Source: Basidiobolus meristosporus CBS 931.73
Lineage: Eukaryota > Fungi > Basidiobolomycota
DNA: 64,000 nt
NCBI GenBank assembly: GCA_002104905.1
Contig: MCFE01000117.1
Location: 99,750 to 163,749, forward strand
Reading direction: 5' to 3'
Positions 39,236-53,341 of the stretch are shown one piece after another (the stretch's first letter is position 1; each line of letters begins with the position of its first letter). A model generated the notes under the pieces. It was given only the letters and a program-made list of their open reading frames with translations, had not been told where the DNA came from and searched no databases. Made by a program: the position numbers and the translations under genes.

Positions 39236-41339
39236 CTTGAAGTTCTGGAGGGGCTTTAGGCGTCCTTCTCAGTTTCGGTGTTAGCTGGGAATAAGCTCGA
39301 TAGTCAGGAAAAGAAAGGAAGTCTCGTTGTGGAAGGAGGTTCTTCGAACGACTGCAATCAGAAGTCGAAGTATCAAGTCCCGACAGGCAGAGTGCCAAGC
39401 GGGTATATGAGGTTGGAGAGAGTCGATGAATTCAGGTATAGGGAGGCTTGGGATATATCAAGAATATATATATATATAGCCGCAAATATAGACAAATAAT
39501 GATACGGCGAGTGTTCGGATGTAAAAATTCAAACCACAGGGAGACTGCTCCAGTAGCTGACAGCCACTTATAAAAGGAATGAAAACTCCTGGACAATTTA
39601 CCAGGAAGCACACCAGTCGAGGGGGATGGAAGAAATCAGCAGGTCCCCAGGATGGAAATGTCGGACTTGGGCGGCAATAGCCATCAAAAAAATCAATGCG
39701 ATAATTGATGTTGATTACTAGGTGACGGGATGTTTTCCCTTGAATCGCCATCAAATCAAGTCCGGAAGCATCAATCCGAACCTCCGTTGATCAGGATGTC
39801 AGCGCCACAGCTGGGATACCAATGCCATTTTAGTTCACCATTGGGGAAGGCAACATCCCAGTAAACCCTACATCACATTACATGCACGTTTATTAGGTCG
39901 GCCAAGCAGTTCACATGTTACATCAAAACGTGAGTACGCCACGTTCCAAGATGCTGCTAACTGCAAGTCATTTCTGATGGGTATGAAACTTGCTAGAGAG
40001 GGCCATGAGAAGTCGACTATTCTTCTCGGATCCATGGGTTTCATGATCCTCTGCTCTCTATCAGCCAACCATGATTCACGGATCATCCGCACACTAGTGC
40101 GAACTCGGTTCTGTAGCCCTTGGTAATAGAAAGCACCCCCCCCACTGAGCTGATACTCTACCCTGAATGCCTTACAGGAAACACATGTATCTAGGCCGCA
40201 TCAACCCCAGTCTCTAGTTATCTACTAGGATCAACCGTCAGAATCCGAACCCAGGACAACTCTGAAGATAAAGGGATACCAGTGTCAGCATCAGGCGAAT
40301 GGTACATCGCGTATTAAACACACTTATCCACCATATGCTCTGCCCACACCATCCATTACTTTGCCCGAGACAATTTCTATGAAGCTACGAAAACTCCGTC
40401 GGTTCGGTTCGACTTCCGGATTTTAGGTATCGTCGCAGAGTGTCGCATAGGGGCTCCAGAAGATACGCCCTATGGTGGGATCAACCACTTCCACATCTTG
40501 ACATGCCAAAACCTACGAACCACCTCGGTCAAGCCTACTCCACACAAGGTTTGCTGGGCAAGACGATGTAGCTTGGGATTAGGCACTAAACCCTTGTAAT
40601 ACATTGCCAGGCACATAGGTTGCTGAATCCGTCAGAGGTGCGTCGTATATAGCTACTGAACCATGATGACCCGGAGATGAGGTGGTACAGATTCTCTCCG
40701 CAAATGCGGGGTGGTCAGCATAGACAACGTAGCAATTTGCCGATTGGATCGTGCTTTGGTCATCTGATGCAACACCCTTGGCTAATCCACAATGCCACCA
40801 TGGATGTGGATGTGGATGATAACGATGTATATCAATGTAGACGCCAGCTGATTGAATCCCAAGGCCAAAGTATTAAACGTTCCTCAGAAATGGAATACTT
40901 TGGCCAGTATCCACCAGCGCGCAGCAAACGACTCGGGGATATTGACGAGCATCCTCCTCGTTCCTACTATGGGATGGGTCACATTCGCATTTGCTTGGCG
41001 ATAGCCTCAATGGAGCAGCATTACCCCGGATGATCCATCCCCTGGTGGTGATGACTGAGATCCACTACTCGGATGAATCTGGTGAAGACGGCTATTTATT
41101 GGCAGTGCCTTGGTAGCTTTGGTCAAGGCCACAAACATCGGGGATATTAGAACCCAAGGGGTGATGAAACTTTATGATAATCTAATGGAGAACGATGTGG
41201 AGCAGAGATGCATGGAGGCCAGAACCCCCTCCCCTCTACAGGTACTAATCTTTCGCTCCTGAAGAGATGTGCAATTTTGGGCTGCTGCAACCATATTCGT
41301 TGGCATGCATGAGAATGAGAATGGTAATGGTACTGAAGT

Positions 41340-42466
41340 CTATTGCTTGAGAAAATTGATGGTGAGGTCCAGGAATTCCTTTGGCTTCTCGGCGTGCACT
41401 ACAGGGCAGCAGGCATGGTGAGTATACGGCCACAAACCACTGGCTCGATTGACTTACCCCAATGGCCGGTATCCAGCTCGCTGAACTCCACGTTAGGGAA
41501 GAAGTTCTTGATGGTGGGGTGGTAGTCTTTCTTGATGTAGTCCGATCTGCTGCCGGCCACGAACAAGGTAGGCTTCTCCAGCTTTTTGGACCCAACCGCT
41601 ACTGGGAAATCCCCAAGATCCTCCAAGTGATTCTTGATAATATCTAGCGGCACGCGCCAGCGATAGATTCCATCGCTATCTCTTTTGAGGTTGGTCATCA
41701 GGAACAAACGGATCCCCGCGTCCTATAAAGTTGAAAATACTCAGACCGTGGTCGCTTCGTAAGTGAAGATGGGCTCAACGTACCGGAATATACTGCTCCA
41801 AATCCGCATCGGCCGCGCTCTGCTTCGTGTGCTTGGCCTCTTCGATCTTCTTCATACAACTGATGTAGTAGTCGAAGTCGTTGGAAAGCTTCGCGGCGAC
41901 TGGCGACATATCCGCCACGATTAACTTCTCCAGCTGCCCTGGCTCGTTCAGGCCAAGAGTCATGGCCACCTTCCCACCCCTACGCAGGACAACAGGTTAG
42001 CTCAGCGGAACCGCGGCTGCATGGGAAAGCGCCAAGAAGGAAGGCTGGGTTCTACTTACATTGAATGTCCAATCACGTTGACCTTGGAAAGGCCCTTGGT
42101 TTTTAGGAACTCAGAAACGTCCCGAGCCAAGGCATCGTAGTTCAAAGGCACCATGTGTGGGCTTTCACCATGGTTTCTCAAGTCGAGGGCATATACATCA
42201 GTGTTGAGGCCGCTGACGTATCTCTTGGCAAGTGTCTTCCAGTTTTTCTTGGAGCCAAAAAGCCCGTGGAGGATCAACAAGGGGGTACTCGAGCCGCCAG
42301 CGACCCGCTCGGTAGGCTCGTAGTGGTCGTATTCCAACCTGGCCCGAGGCTCGTCGCGTGCAAAGCTGGAGTGGAAACCCCGATTCAGCAGAAGACCGGA
42401 AACGCCGTGCCTGATATTCCCCAGGCTGCGTGAAGAAACGAAGTTGCCTCTTTGAAGAATGCTCAT
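41340..42466 (-). CDS. ABHD11-like mitochondrial alpha/beta hydrolase, 4 exons
   Basis: LHGLFGSKKNW, DLRNHGESPH, nucleophile elbow GHSM|GGK, DMSP, C-terminal TGHW|VHAEKPKEF. The N-terminus is presequence-like. Confidence 0.9.
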
Positions 42467-42920
42467 GGTTCCAGAAGCCGACCAATTTTGTGGGATCCCC
42501 AAATCTCTCTACTTATATAGACGACGGCTCGGCTCCGAAACCAATCGCCTGATGATGGGAGTTTCCAAGATGAGTGGGGATTTCGGCCGATTCGGTTGAT
42601 TATCAGGATGAATATGGCATTGCCCAAGATCTGTTCACGTGGGAGAACGGCCATCCATACGGGGCCGGCAACCCCGAGGATGGCCCACATCACATCATCA
42701 TCAGCGCACGCACGCACATACACGGCAACTCAGAATCAATTCCGCGCCAGTTACTTGAATAGGCCTCTTTACTGTACTAAAAGATTTCAGATTTTACACA
42801 TCTTGTTGATCTATCTATAACTTGCAATGGTTCGTAGCTGGCGATTAAACTCAAGTTGGAAGCAAAAATGAAAAGGGTTTACACACAATTGAAAAGATAT
42901 AATGAGGTGGGGGAGGGGCA

Positions 42921-44633
42921 TCATGCCAAGGTCCACAACGAAGAATATACATCGTCCTCGTTGAAGAGCTGCTGGCTGCCCTCGATGGCCAGCGCAGGGG
43001 TCTTCTTCACCTTCCTTCCAAGCTCGGCGGAAATCAGAGTTGTGTAGGTGTGGTCGAGGAAATCCTCCAGGTTGTACGAGGGCTTGTTGAACTTCTCGGA
43101 GAAGATCTTGGCCAGAGACGAGACATTGGGGAAATAATGGTCCTTCAAGGTCTCGATCTCCCACAACGAGCTCTGCATGGCGTTCGACTCCAAGGGGTCG
43201 GCCTCCGAGAAGCAATAAGGGTCAGCCTCGGCGGTCTCCACTTGGTCATCGGGTCCACGGTGAATAAGCACCATGGTGGAGGGGTGGCGCTTGAGTAGAT
43301 TGTAGATGATGGGGATGATGATGATAATACCAGCAGGCGGAGCCGAAAGCGAGAGACGCGCGAGGCGCTTGACGAATGCAGCCACAAGGCTGGACGAGAG
43401 ATGGGTGGAGCTCAAGAACAAATCAAGAAGGCGGAAGAAGCGGGATCTGTACTTCACATGCAACACGTTGCGGTCCAGCAAAGCGTACAGCTTCTTGTAG
43501 AAATCCGGATAGTCGAGATTGTGCTCGTGGATGAGAGTAAACAGCCCGTTCAAAGCGAGGAGACTGATGGCACCGCCGGCGTTGTAAGAGTCGGTCAGGA
43601 AATCCATCAGGAGAGTGGGCTGTGGCAGGTGAACAATGATCTTCTTGTGCATCATGACCAAGACCTTTTTGTAGATGTCGGTGGTCAGGGGGAGTCGGAG
43701 AAAAGCAATCCAGCAGTCGCTAAACACTTTGCGATGTGCCTGGAGTTGCAGAAGCAATGGCTTCTTCTCAGCGTCGCTCTCGTCCACCTTGGGCTCATCG
43801 GTCCAAAACTCATCAATCTCGCTTTCATCCGTGGGCATTGTTCTTAGCTGTTCCAGGATGGCGAATCCGTTGGCCACAAGCTTCGATTTGTCGGTCGATC
43901 TGGTAAGCTCGGTACTGAACACCTTGGCCAGATCCTTCAAAAAGTAGTATCTCAAATCATCGTAGTAGTTGAGGTATTTTTCCATTAATGATGACTGAAG
44001 ACCGCCGTTGAAATTCTCATTGTTGGCTAGGGTTTCAACGATCTTGTAGTACAAAAAGTTGGGGAACACACCAGTAACCGTTGTCTCCTTGGCGGTGAAG
44101 TCCAAAAGCAGGTTGAGTGCGGTTACCTAAGAGGTTGACTAGGCGTTAATTTCGGTTTCTAACGGAGAAAACACATTTGACTGTACCTGCAGGGTAGGCT
44201 CTTTGTGCGAGAGGAGCTTCAGGAGATGGTTATAGTATTGGATGTAGTGATCACGCAACCAGGTGGATACTACGAACTTGGCCTTTTCGGCTCCATCGGC
44301 GTTGGGGTTTTCCTTGACCTTTTGAAGCTGCCCCTTCTTCAAGAAATCAACGAAGATTCTCTGTAGAGAATTGATTGCGGCGTAAATGACCTCAGGATGC
44401 TCGTTCTAGGGGGAGAGGGAAAATCAGGTTGAGTAACTCCGCAGCTGGTGGCCTAGGGTCTTTTACAAGTGTACCTCACAGAAAGCGACAATTTTAACAA
44501 TGTCGTTCAGATTCTTCTTGCTTTCTTGGACTTCCTTCTCGAGAGATCTAATCTGCGCGGTGGCTTCCTCAATCTCCTTCTTGGCCGCCTTGGGCTTAGA
44601 ATCGGTTCTTTTCTTCTTGCGGACTGGGGCCAT
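42921..44633 (-). CDS. NOC4: Nucleolar complex protein 4 (CBF/Mak21 family), spliced
   Basis: YLNYYDDLRYYF, HRKVFSDCW, LLMDFLTDSYN.GG.ISLLALNGLF.L, LDYPDFYKKLYALLD, KYRSRFFRLLDLFLSSTHL, SSLWEI, YNLEDFLDHTY. Confidence 0.93.
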
Positions 44634-47110
44634 TGTGTGTCAGTGTCGGTTGAACGTATAGTGTTGCCAGCAGGAGAATAAATAATTCTCTTTTGGAACT
44701 AAAAAAAAAGAAAAAAAATCTCGGGCAACTAGGCTGCCAAAACCACTACATGCCATTCAAATCAAGAAACCTCCAATCTTGATTAAATCCAATAATGGGT
44801 GTTGGCTCAGTGGATCTACTGCCACAGGTCTAGCGATTCGAAAAAATTTCCCACCATTTTCTGAGCCTCACTGTTATACCAGAAGTGATCCTCGCATAAT
44901 GGATTATACAATCGCCTCTCCAATCCATACGATAACCAATTATGTTGCTAGCTAGCCGGCGCCAGTCTTGCTGATTGGTGTGTACCTGCACTTTTAAGTG
45001 ATGTAAAAACTCGAATCCAAATCGTGGTTATTCATGCGATGTATGAAAAGTATTTCAAGGTGGTTATACAATATGCAATATTTGGAATCACAGGATTCGT
45101 AGAGTCTGGTTCACTCTCAATCCTTGTTGAAAATACGTGTTCTATATATGTAGCATTTGGATATGCAACAGCAGGTTGTGGAGTGTACACCCGAGGGTGC
45201 AAACCTAACTCTGCTTCTTTTTGTGCTATTATGAAGCCACACTTGGTATCATTCAACTAGGTTTATGATGCCCAGGGTTACACAAAGTATTGCTCAATAT
45301 ACAGAGGTTGCCAAGAGGGCTGGCCTGCTGAAGGTCACCAAATTTCGTGTAGAGAGGACTTGCGGAAAAAAAACAAAAAGGCTTCGCCCTTAACCGAAAT
45401 CACTTTTTGGAAAAGCCGGTGATGGCACGTTTTCTCAACGGTTTATCTTTTGAGAGGATTGTTTCCAATGAGCTGTCAGGATGGATCCCAGATGAAGATA
45501 ATTCCAAGTCATATGTTTGGAGACCCCCTGGCCCTTAGACTTCCTGTTTATATTAGGGCCCTCGGTTGCTCATGGTTGATTTTATGCTCCAACTAGAACT
45601 GAGGTAAAGAATTGAATCTATGTTGCCTTTGTTGGAACAAAGGGTATTATTATGATTCTACCAAGGGTCAAGTTTAACGAACAATATGAGTTCCAAGTGT
45701 TCAGGTGACTTGCCAGTCTCTGCCACCAGAATGCACGAGTTCGGGTTCCCCTTAGAGCAAGGGGTATTCAACCAGACTATGTGCTTTGAAGCATGAAGGA
45801 TACGCTTGTTTGACCTGGTTACATATAGTGTGAGGTCCTACTCTTTAAACAAGGCGGTAGTTTAGAGGATTCAACACTCGAATCTTATATTTTAACCAAG
45901 CAGCCAGGTGGTGTGTGCAGTATGTTGCATTGCCGACGATGACCACCACTTTCTTCCATATCAAATGGTAGATACTACACGTTAGGAGCCAAAGGATGGC
46001 GGATCTCTAGGTCCGTCGCGGGTTTCATTAGAGTAAATATCGGGGAGAGATTGGCCGAGGTTTGAAGAATGAAGTAAGTGAGCCCTGAGCACATAATGAT
46101 CCTTTCAAAGTAAGGAGGTTTATCAACAACAAATTGTTTATGGCCGAACTCTAGCTGAGATCACCATGAAGTTGCTTGAATAAATGTACGAAGGCCGCGA
46201 GCGGACATAGCTATGTTGTTGGAACACCTGGTGCCCGAAGTATTGGTGAGCCAAGTGGACCGATAACACCCAGCTTGCAAGTATTGCATTAGTGTAAACC
46301 TTGATGAGCCTTGTACTAACGGAACCATCAATAAACAACTCTAGCTAGCTAGAGGTTGTCATCGTACCCATTTCGTAAAAGATTGTGTTCAGGAGAACTT
46401 GCAAAAGTTCACCAGATGGGTATCATACTGTATGAAGGTGTCTTTGAATGATACCCGTGATTTACGCGTCCACGTGCTGTCAAGGATGCCTAAATTTCGT
46501 TCCTGGACTGTCCTGACTTACAATTGCCCAAGGCCTCGTAGAAGTAAAGTGTCCAATTGAATACTGCGGCCACCTGAAGTCGAGTTATTGAATAATCCCT
46601 CATCAGCTCCATGAACTTGTCAAGGTATACGATACGATTCATCCTGAGTTATGTACGCATCAGGATATGGTTTAGACAAGGAGTAGGCGGCGGCTGAGGT
46701 TTGCAACATTCCTCGACCAAGGCCCCATATCCTTATACAGTCCTACCGGGTGTATAGCCTCCAATGCCAAATCATGGTCAAAGGGGTAGTGTATTCAGCA
46801 GAATGTTTATTTCATCGATTAATCAATGCTTAGATCCAAAGTAGAACAACGTGGATTTTGGTGGTGCTAGAAGTGGTAGTGACATACCAAGGTGAGGGTA
46901 CATAGTATTGTTGGCAGGTGAGCAGATAGCAGTGGGCAGTTGCACTACCTGGCCAGTACTTTAAAGATGATTACGTGTAGGTTTACATGAGATGGGATGG
47001 AGGATTGATAAAGTATATTACGAATATTATGGTCGGTTCGGCTTAAACTCAGTTGGAGTTGATATGTAGGCTTTCGTACTAGGCGCACAAGGTTGTGTCG
47101 GCATTGAGGT

Positions 47111-50100
47111 TCACACAGAGGATTCCTGGTCCTCAGTTAACTGCACCATCTTGTTTACTTTGTTATCTATATTGCCAAGCAATTTTCCTACGTACTGAAG
47201 CTGCATCCCGATATCTCGCAAAGTGGGCTGCTCCGCATCTTGCGATACCTCAACATCCGACACCAATTCAGCCTCCGCTCTTACAGGTTCATCTAATACC
47301 ACTTTCGGTATCTCGGGATTCTGATAGTCGGAAAGCCCAGCAGAGCGAATCTGTTTGCTTATGGTATGAATCTGATACCAGCTAATAATATTAGAGACAA
47401 GTAGAATGCCCATGATAGCTAGTAGAATCAAGGTTGACGATGAGGCAAGGTTCTTAAGGTCAAACATGGACCTCGCAGTGGATTGCGATGCAATGGCTGC
47501 TTGGCCACCCTTCTCGTTAGCGTCCCCATGCTTTTTTTCGTGCTTATTTGCCCTGTGCTGGTTCTTTTTTGGCTTCTTTCTTTTCTTTGTCTCACTCGTC
47601 TTGTTTGGAGAGATGTTGGAAGGATTATCTACAAGGTGGCGTTTGACTGCGCTCTCAATGTCTTTGGCTGCTTCCAAACTTCCATCTAAGGTGCTACGCT
47701 CAATTTGGCCTGATGATGGTATTTTAGCGTGAAGGTCAAACATATCCGAAAAATGGAGTGTCAACAGCTACCTTTGAACCAAGAGCTTTTGTGCCAGACA
47801 ATACCACAAGAAACAATCATGCGGGTTTTACCATCTCCGGCATGCATCAAGCATGTGCGAGTTTTGGGATTGAAATATGTGCCATTGGGAACATCTGGCG
47901 TAGAGACGGTAGCTACCACAGACACGTATCTGAGTTGAGGAAGTGGTTAGCTGACACTCATAAAGTTGGATATTGCAGCGAATAGACGCACTTATCAAAG
48001 TCTTTGTGCTCGATTTCCTCAGTCACAGTGCATTTTGTCTGCTTTGGCCCTGATTCAACCAATTAGTCAAGAGCTATATTTACTTGGGAACAATATTCGT
48101 ACCTATTGGTGCATTGATTGGCTTGATGTAAACTAATGTTCTTTTGTTCTCTTTCCAAGCGCTAACCTCAACATCTGGATAACGGCAAAATTAGGTTGGA
48201 CTGGATAGTGCAAAGGGTAAATAAAAAGATTACCTTTGTTTTTTGACTCGGTCAGCAGGTTTTCAACCCAGCGCGTGTCGTCCCCATAGAGCAGCTCGTA
48301 CACCTTGGCGAGGGGCATCGGGAGTAGCGTGTCTAAAACTGGGTTTTCGAGGTGATCTTTCCCATAGCATTCACATACGGTCTGCTTTGTGTTGCCAGGG
48401 GATACCTCGGTTTCTGGGGCCGTGGTGGGTGTGCTTCCAACACCTCCGGGACTTGGGCTAGGCGCATTTTGTCTTTCTCTAGAGGTCTCCTTGGACAATG
48501 GAGCTGTGCCAGACCGAGAAGGCGCAGCAAGTAGGTTGGATGTCAAACTACGGCCTAAGATCAAGAAACGAGTTACGGGTGAGATTCGATAGAAGGAATA
48601 AACACTGCTACCCACCTCTCTGAATTTCACTCTGGTCTACATCTTCGGTGTCTACCTCTTCGTCGTGTGATCCAACGCTAACCTCATCGGAATACTCGTC
48701 AGAGCTAGAATCTCCAGAATCGGTACCAGAAGCAGAGTCAGGCTGAGAGCTCACGTTGTAAGGAGACTCAAGATTGCTTTCGGAGTTCGAGTAGGCGAGA
48801 TTCTCTATAAGAGCTGGGTGGTTTTTTCTCCAAAGATCAACGAGGCAGTTGAAGGCAGCTTCCCTCGTCAAGAATGAAGCAAAAAGATACTGCGGGGAGT
48901 GGGATTAATGGGAAGTTCCTACGATGTGCGGTCAGCAACACTGAGCAAGTAGATACCTTGTTGTGCAGCGTGGATATAAGGATTGCATTAGGGACAAAAA
49001 ACGCCATATTTCTTCTCTCGATGGCAACCACCTCCTTGAATTCTACTACGATCTATAATACAGAAATCGTGAGTAATGCTGAGCAAGAAAGGTGATATAT
49101 TACTGTTCGTACGTTGGTTACGAATCCAAAGATGTTGGCATAAAAGCAAACATAGTCTTCAGTGATATACATGCGTCCATGAACGAGAATATCTTTCTGA
49201 ATTGCACAGGAGTAATCTGGAAAACATTTTAGCTACTATACCATATACCCTTATTAAAAATGGTTACCTTCAATCAATATTTCGTTGAGGGGTACATTTT
49301 TGAAGAGATTATGGAAGTCTGCATTTCGTTTTTTGGCAGCGGCATTTAGGTTGGCAGCATCGGTGCTTGCCGTGTCCTCGAAATCAGTAGTGGCATCACT
49401 CTTGCTCCTAGAGCGGTTGGACTTTCGAAGACTGCCGGACCTGCTCATATTTGACAAATCGTCCGCCTGCTCCGAGGAAGCCCCATCGGAATCTGACGGA
49501 ATTTTTTCTGAAGCAGTTGAAGAATTGTTGACTTGGCTATTCTGCGAACTACAATTGATCTGCTCCAGTTGCTCTAATGTCAGAGCTGGCGGATTGGTAG
49601 TTATTGCCGAGGCAGTCGATAAATCAGTAGCTGCGGTAGCCATTGCTGGCTGATTGACTTGCGGAAAACGCGGTGTGGAATTTTGCCGACGCTCATCATC
49701 AACCTTGACAGAGCCTGGGCTGGAGGAGAGAGACTTTGTCTCAGCATTCTCCGCTTTAGCTGCCTTCAATGAAGTCAAATTCGAGGCAGCGGTCGTTGCA
49801 GCATTGAGCATGGACGCAAAGAAGTCCTTGGTTGTGTTACTGGAAGAAATGGGAGTTCCTGCTGATTGGGGTACAATCTGGTCATTGGAGGCCAAAGCTC
49901 GCTCAGGTGTAGTATGTGCTGGGAAAGGTTGTGAAGGTGTGGTAGGCTCCTCAGGTAATATATCTGTTGATTGTGGAATACGTTGAGAACTGTCAGGAGT
50001 AACAAAGACAGACTCGGAGGGGGTTATAGAGCCTGGTTGGATCTGTGGGGAGTTGGAGACCGACCTAGTGGTTTCTTTGGTGTTGGCTTTGCGAGGGGTT

Positions 50101-50132
50101 TGTGGAGGAGCGTAGATGAGTGGATCTTCCAT
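47111..50132 (-). CDS. GRAM + VASt (StART-like) + TM sterol transfer protein (Lam/Ysp2/Aster family), multi-exon
   Basis: KKRNADFHNLFKNVP..E.LIE, HGRMYITEDYVCFYANIFGFVT, VPNAILIST, REAAFNCLVDLW; VASt LPMPLAKVYELLYG and PDGKTRMMHA; C-terminal TM LILLAIMGILLVSNII. Confidence 0.88.
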
Positions 50133-53100
50133 TTTGTGGAGGAAAGAGCTGTACTATGTGGATGATAAGGTGAAGCAACCTGAGATAAACGGTAAGAACA
50201 ATTCTACAGCTGCAAGTTTCTCAAGATAAAAGCTTTTGACTCTGGAAAATAGGGGGAGGGGTATATAGACACGGACAAGTAGGTTTCCAGGGAAGTTTAA
50301 AAGAGCCAAGTCACATTAATAAGTTATTTACAAGCTGTTTCATTTATGAGTTAATTGCACTGAACACTGGGGTAGCATCGAAATTGCCATGATTTAACGG
50401 GTGATTGAGGTGATAATTGGCAGAATGACTGTGCAGGATGTATAAATTAGTATATATATGTCAGCATATCATAATGCTACTACAAAATTGACGAGCCTTG
50501 ATCAATAAGCTTTGTCAACGCAAATTCCCTAGCCTGTATGACTCAGCCTGGTTGGGTGGAATGTGGATTTCGGAGGAAAACGCTGCCGCTATTTCGAATC
50601 ATTTGGAATTATCAGTCACAGCATCACCCTTAGCCTCATGCCACCCCACCTTGCCTAGAAGGTTAACAAGAGCCCATGCAATATAATCATACTGATTGCA
50701 CGTCCATATTAGACTTGCCAGCTTCCCAAAACGACCGCCGTCCACCCTGATAGGCCCATCAGCACACATATACCCCTATTTGTGAATATGAAACGGACAC
50801 AAATCAATTCGGCCGCGCGGTTAAATAATCTCCAAGCGATCCAAGTGCTCACGAGGCACATGATCCCGCGCTTGACGCAATCTTATAAATAGGATGTGAT
50901 TATCCAATCATGGTCAATTATCTGAAAGCAAGCTTGAATGTGTTTGACGACCATCGTTGTGATGAGAGCCAACGCTTCACAGTGGCTAGTGACAAGGTCA
51001 GTGTATGCCACAGGAGTAGTAGGTTATTGAGCATGTCAAGAAATGTCGCACCAATTACCTCGTATGACATAGCAGCCTGCGGCTTGTCCTGCCCAGAGAG
51101 GACCAACGTCTAGCATTGTGATCAGTAGTGCAATCCTCGATGATACTCTTGATGGTGACGCACCGTTGAGATGAGAAGTGATGTGGTGTCGCAATACTTA
51201 TATCTAGGTTGCGGCCATGCGAGTGGGAAATGTAAACACCACACTGATCAATCGAATTCCCTCATCAGGCTGCCCGATCAAGGATTGAATCTGCCCGGCC
51301 AATCCAGCTGACTGCGCTCAGAGCCTAGTGGGCATAGCCAAGGGGCGACGCAATTAGCCCTGGTTAACGATTCCTGGGTGATCCTAGGATCATGGTCTCA
51401 ACCGCTCTCTACATCTTGCATGAATGTGAATGATGCTGCCGTATCCATGATGTCAATGTTCGATCGAATTCATCTAAAGCCGGACTTGGCACATTAGTTA
51501 GCAATAAGCCTGCTTAAAAGCCTATAGCAGTAGCAAGTCAATGGCACGTGAGAGATCAGGCTGGCGAAGGAAACACGAGCAGCTAGGTGCCCCGATGATG
51601 GTGAATTTTTCTCTGGATATTTCCAATTTCGGTGATTTGCATGTGGCTAGACTAGGCGTTTTAATTTTGACTTGTGTGGTAGGGATTGCCAGGGAGTTAG
51701 CTTTAACTCTGGTTAACCACCCAGTTCTGATTCAGATATGCGCTGAGAGGTAGTGGGTGCTGAGTGTAAGGACACAGTCATGCAGTGGAGCGCTATTCCT
51801 GTTGACGCTCTCATAGCCACTCCCAATCTCAACACCTGGCTCACCAATGGATGTGAGTAGACCGTATGGATGGTGAATTGCTTGTCCCAAGAAACCGCAT
51901 CGGAAGCGAAAAACCAAGCGATAGTACACAACGAGAACAATCTGGTTTTGGCAAGTAGAATTTAAATGTGTTTCTCGTAGTGTAAAGCTTGGGTTATCAA
52001 GCAATTACTGGATTTTTCCATCCATCGGAATATTTAATTCCAGGCGTATTGCCAACATGCCGGGATTGGTTAGTGTGCGAATTTGTGGCAGAAGCCTGTT
52101 TGATAATTCGGGTTAAAAATTCCAATTTATATAAATGAACTGATACCGAGTTTTATGTACAAATCCAAAATTGTATTATGTATAACTACAGAATACAGTC
52201 TCCAATACAAATGGATGTGGGCTTAGAGTGGCTGGCTGCTATGTGCTACACAAAAATTGAACAGAGCGGTTAACGGTTGGCGCTTACTCGCTTTACATGT
52301 CTGCTCAGCTTAAAGCATATTGGGATTGGTAAAATATCACTAGTTGTCTACATGACCTTATGACGACTGGGAGAATGTATTGTAATACTATATAAATATA
52401 TTTGCTACATGCAGAGTAATACAAATTAAGTTTATTTACACATGGTTCTGATATAACTTCACTGGAGCTTACGATTCCCTTGACTCCCGAATCTATTTAT
52501 TACGGTGGTGCTATTAGATTGAGAAAAAAGATAGTACGACCATCATTTTGCAAATAGAATAAGTTCTATATTATAGAATATCATACCAGCGTTAGTGGTG
52601 GCTATTCAACTACGGGAGTTACTTCTGCCTTCAAGGTACATTGATCAATCTGATATGAGTCCAAAATCTTAATATTATAGGCAATACTGATGCATAAAAT
52701 TAGTGCAGCACCTGACACTTTGGGCATTCTGACTTCACACATAATATATATTCTTGGAATTATTTTGATGATTTATCATATATACTTGACCTTTTCTTGG
52801 GACTACAAAATGCCCCATACTGGCAAACATCTTGATGTAAATGTATGAGTATTACAGATAAGGAAGGATAGGTTAAGTTGTGGCAATGTGAATCATGATA
52901 TCATCTTTGACTGAGATATACTGCAAACACTTGTGTGAAAGAATTATTAAAGCCAACATTGTCAATAGCTTGGGAAGCATAGAGCTCTTAGCTGTTACTA
53001 TTACCAGAAGCATTCCCCCTGAAAAAATAAGCAAAGGCCAGCAGAATTCCAAGTTTCTCAAATTTGACTACTGTCATGGTTAGGGCTAGGGCTCTAGTGC

Positions 53101-53156
53101 TCTATTGGGAAATTTGCACATAGAGTGCAATCTTGAACTATGACAAAGTCATGTGA

Positions 53157-53341
53157 GTGTTGTAAGTAATAAGCTGTTACCTAAATATTCATGCTAACTC
53201 AGTCACATAGATCTTTTTCTGTGATTAATATTTTGTCCTGACCAAATTTATTATCAGGATTTACTTATAATATCTTCACCCAATTATTCTTGTAAGAGTC
53301 TTGGAGATATTGGAAGCTATTGGGAGAACTGGTAGATATTG
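53157..53341. repeat. Degenerate forward LTR start plus an inverted copy of the Copia LTR U5 end (~53289-53330)
   Basis: TGTTGTAAG...ACCTAAATATTCA resembles the LTR start. The reverse complement of 53289-53330 matches TTCCAATATCTCCAAGACTCTTACAA. Confidence 0.6.

Noticed and set aside
39400-41240. Short ORFs suggesting a decayed retrotransposon or small gene
   Set aside because: Only weak resemblance to protease/RNase H motifs, many stops and no consistent splice pattern.
45720-45790. tRNA-like or structured RNA (CCCCTTAGAGCAAGGGG hairpin)
   Set aside because: It is an isolated hairpin with no A/B boxes and no cloverleaf.
10523-49986. Numerous long antisense or alternate-frame ORFs over real genes (e.g. 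10523-10951, 23989-24624, 37413-38509, 43050-43947, 49285-49986)
   Set aside because: These are shadows of codon bias on the opposite strand of well-supported genes, with no domain signatures.
52500-52860. Gypsy integrase relic (YHTSVSGGYS resembling YHDSPxGGH)
   Set aside because: It is a single weak motif in AT-rich DNA and insufficient to call.
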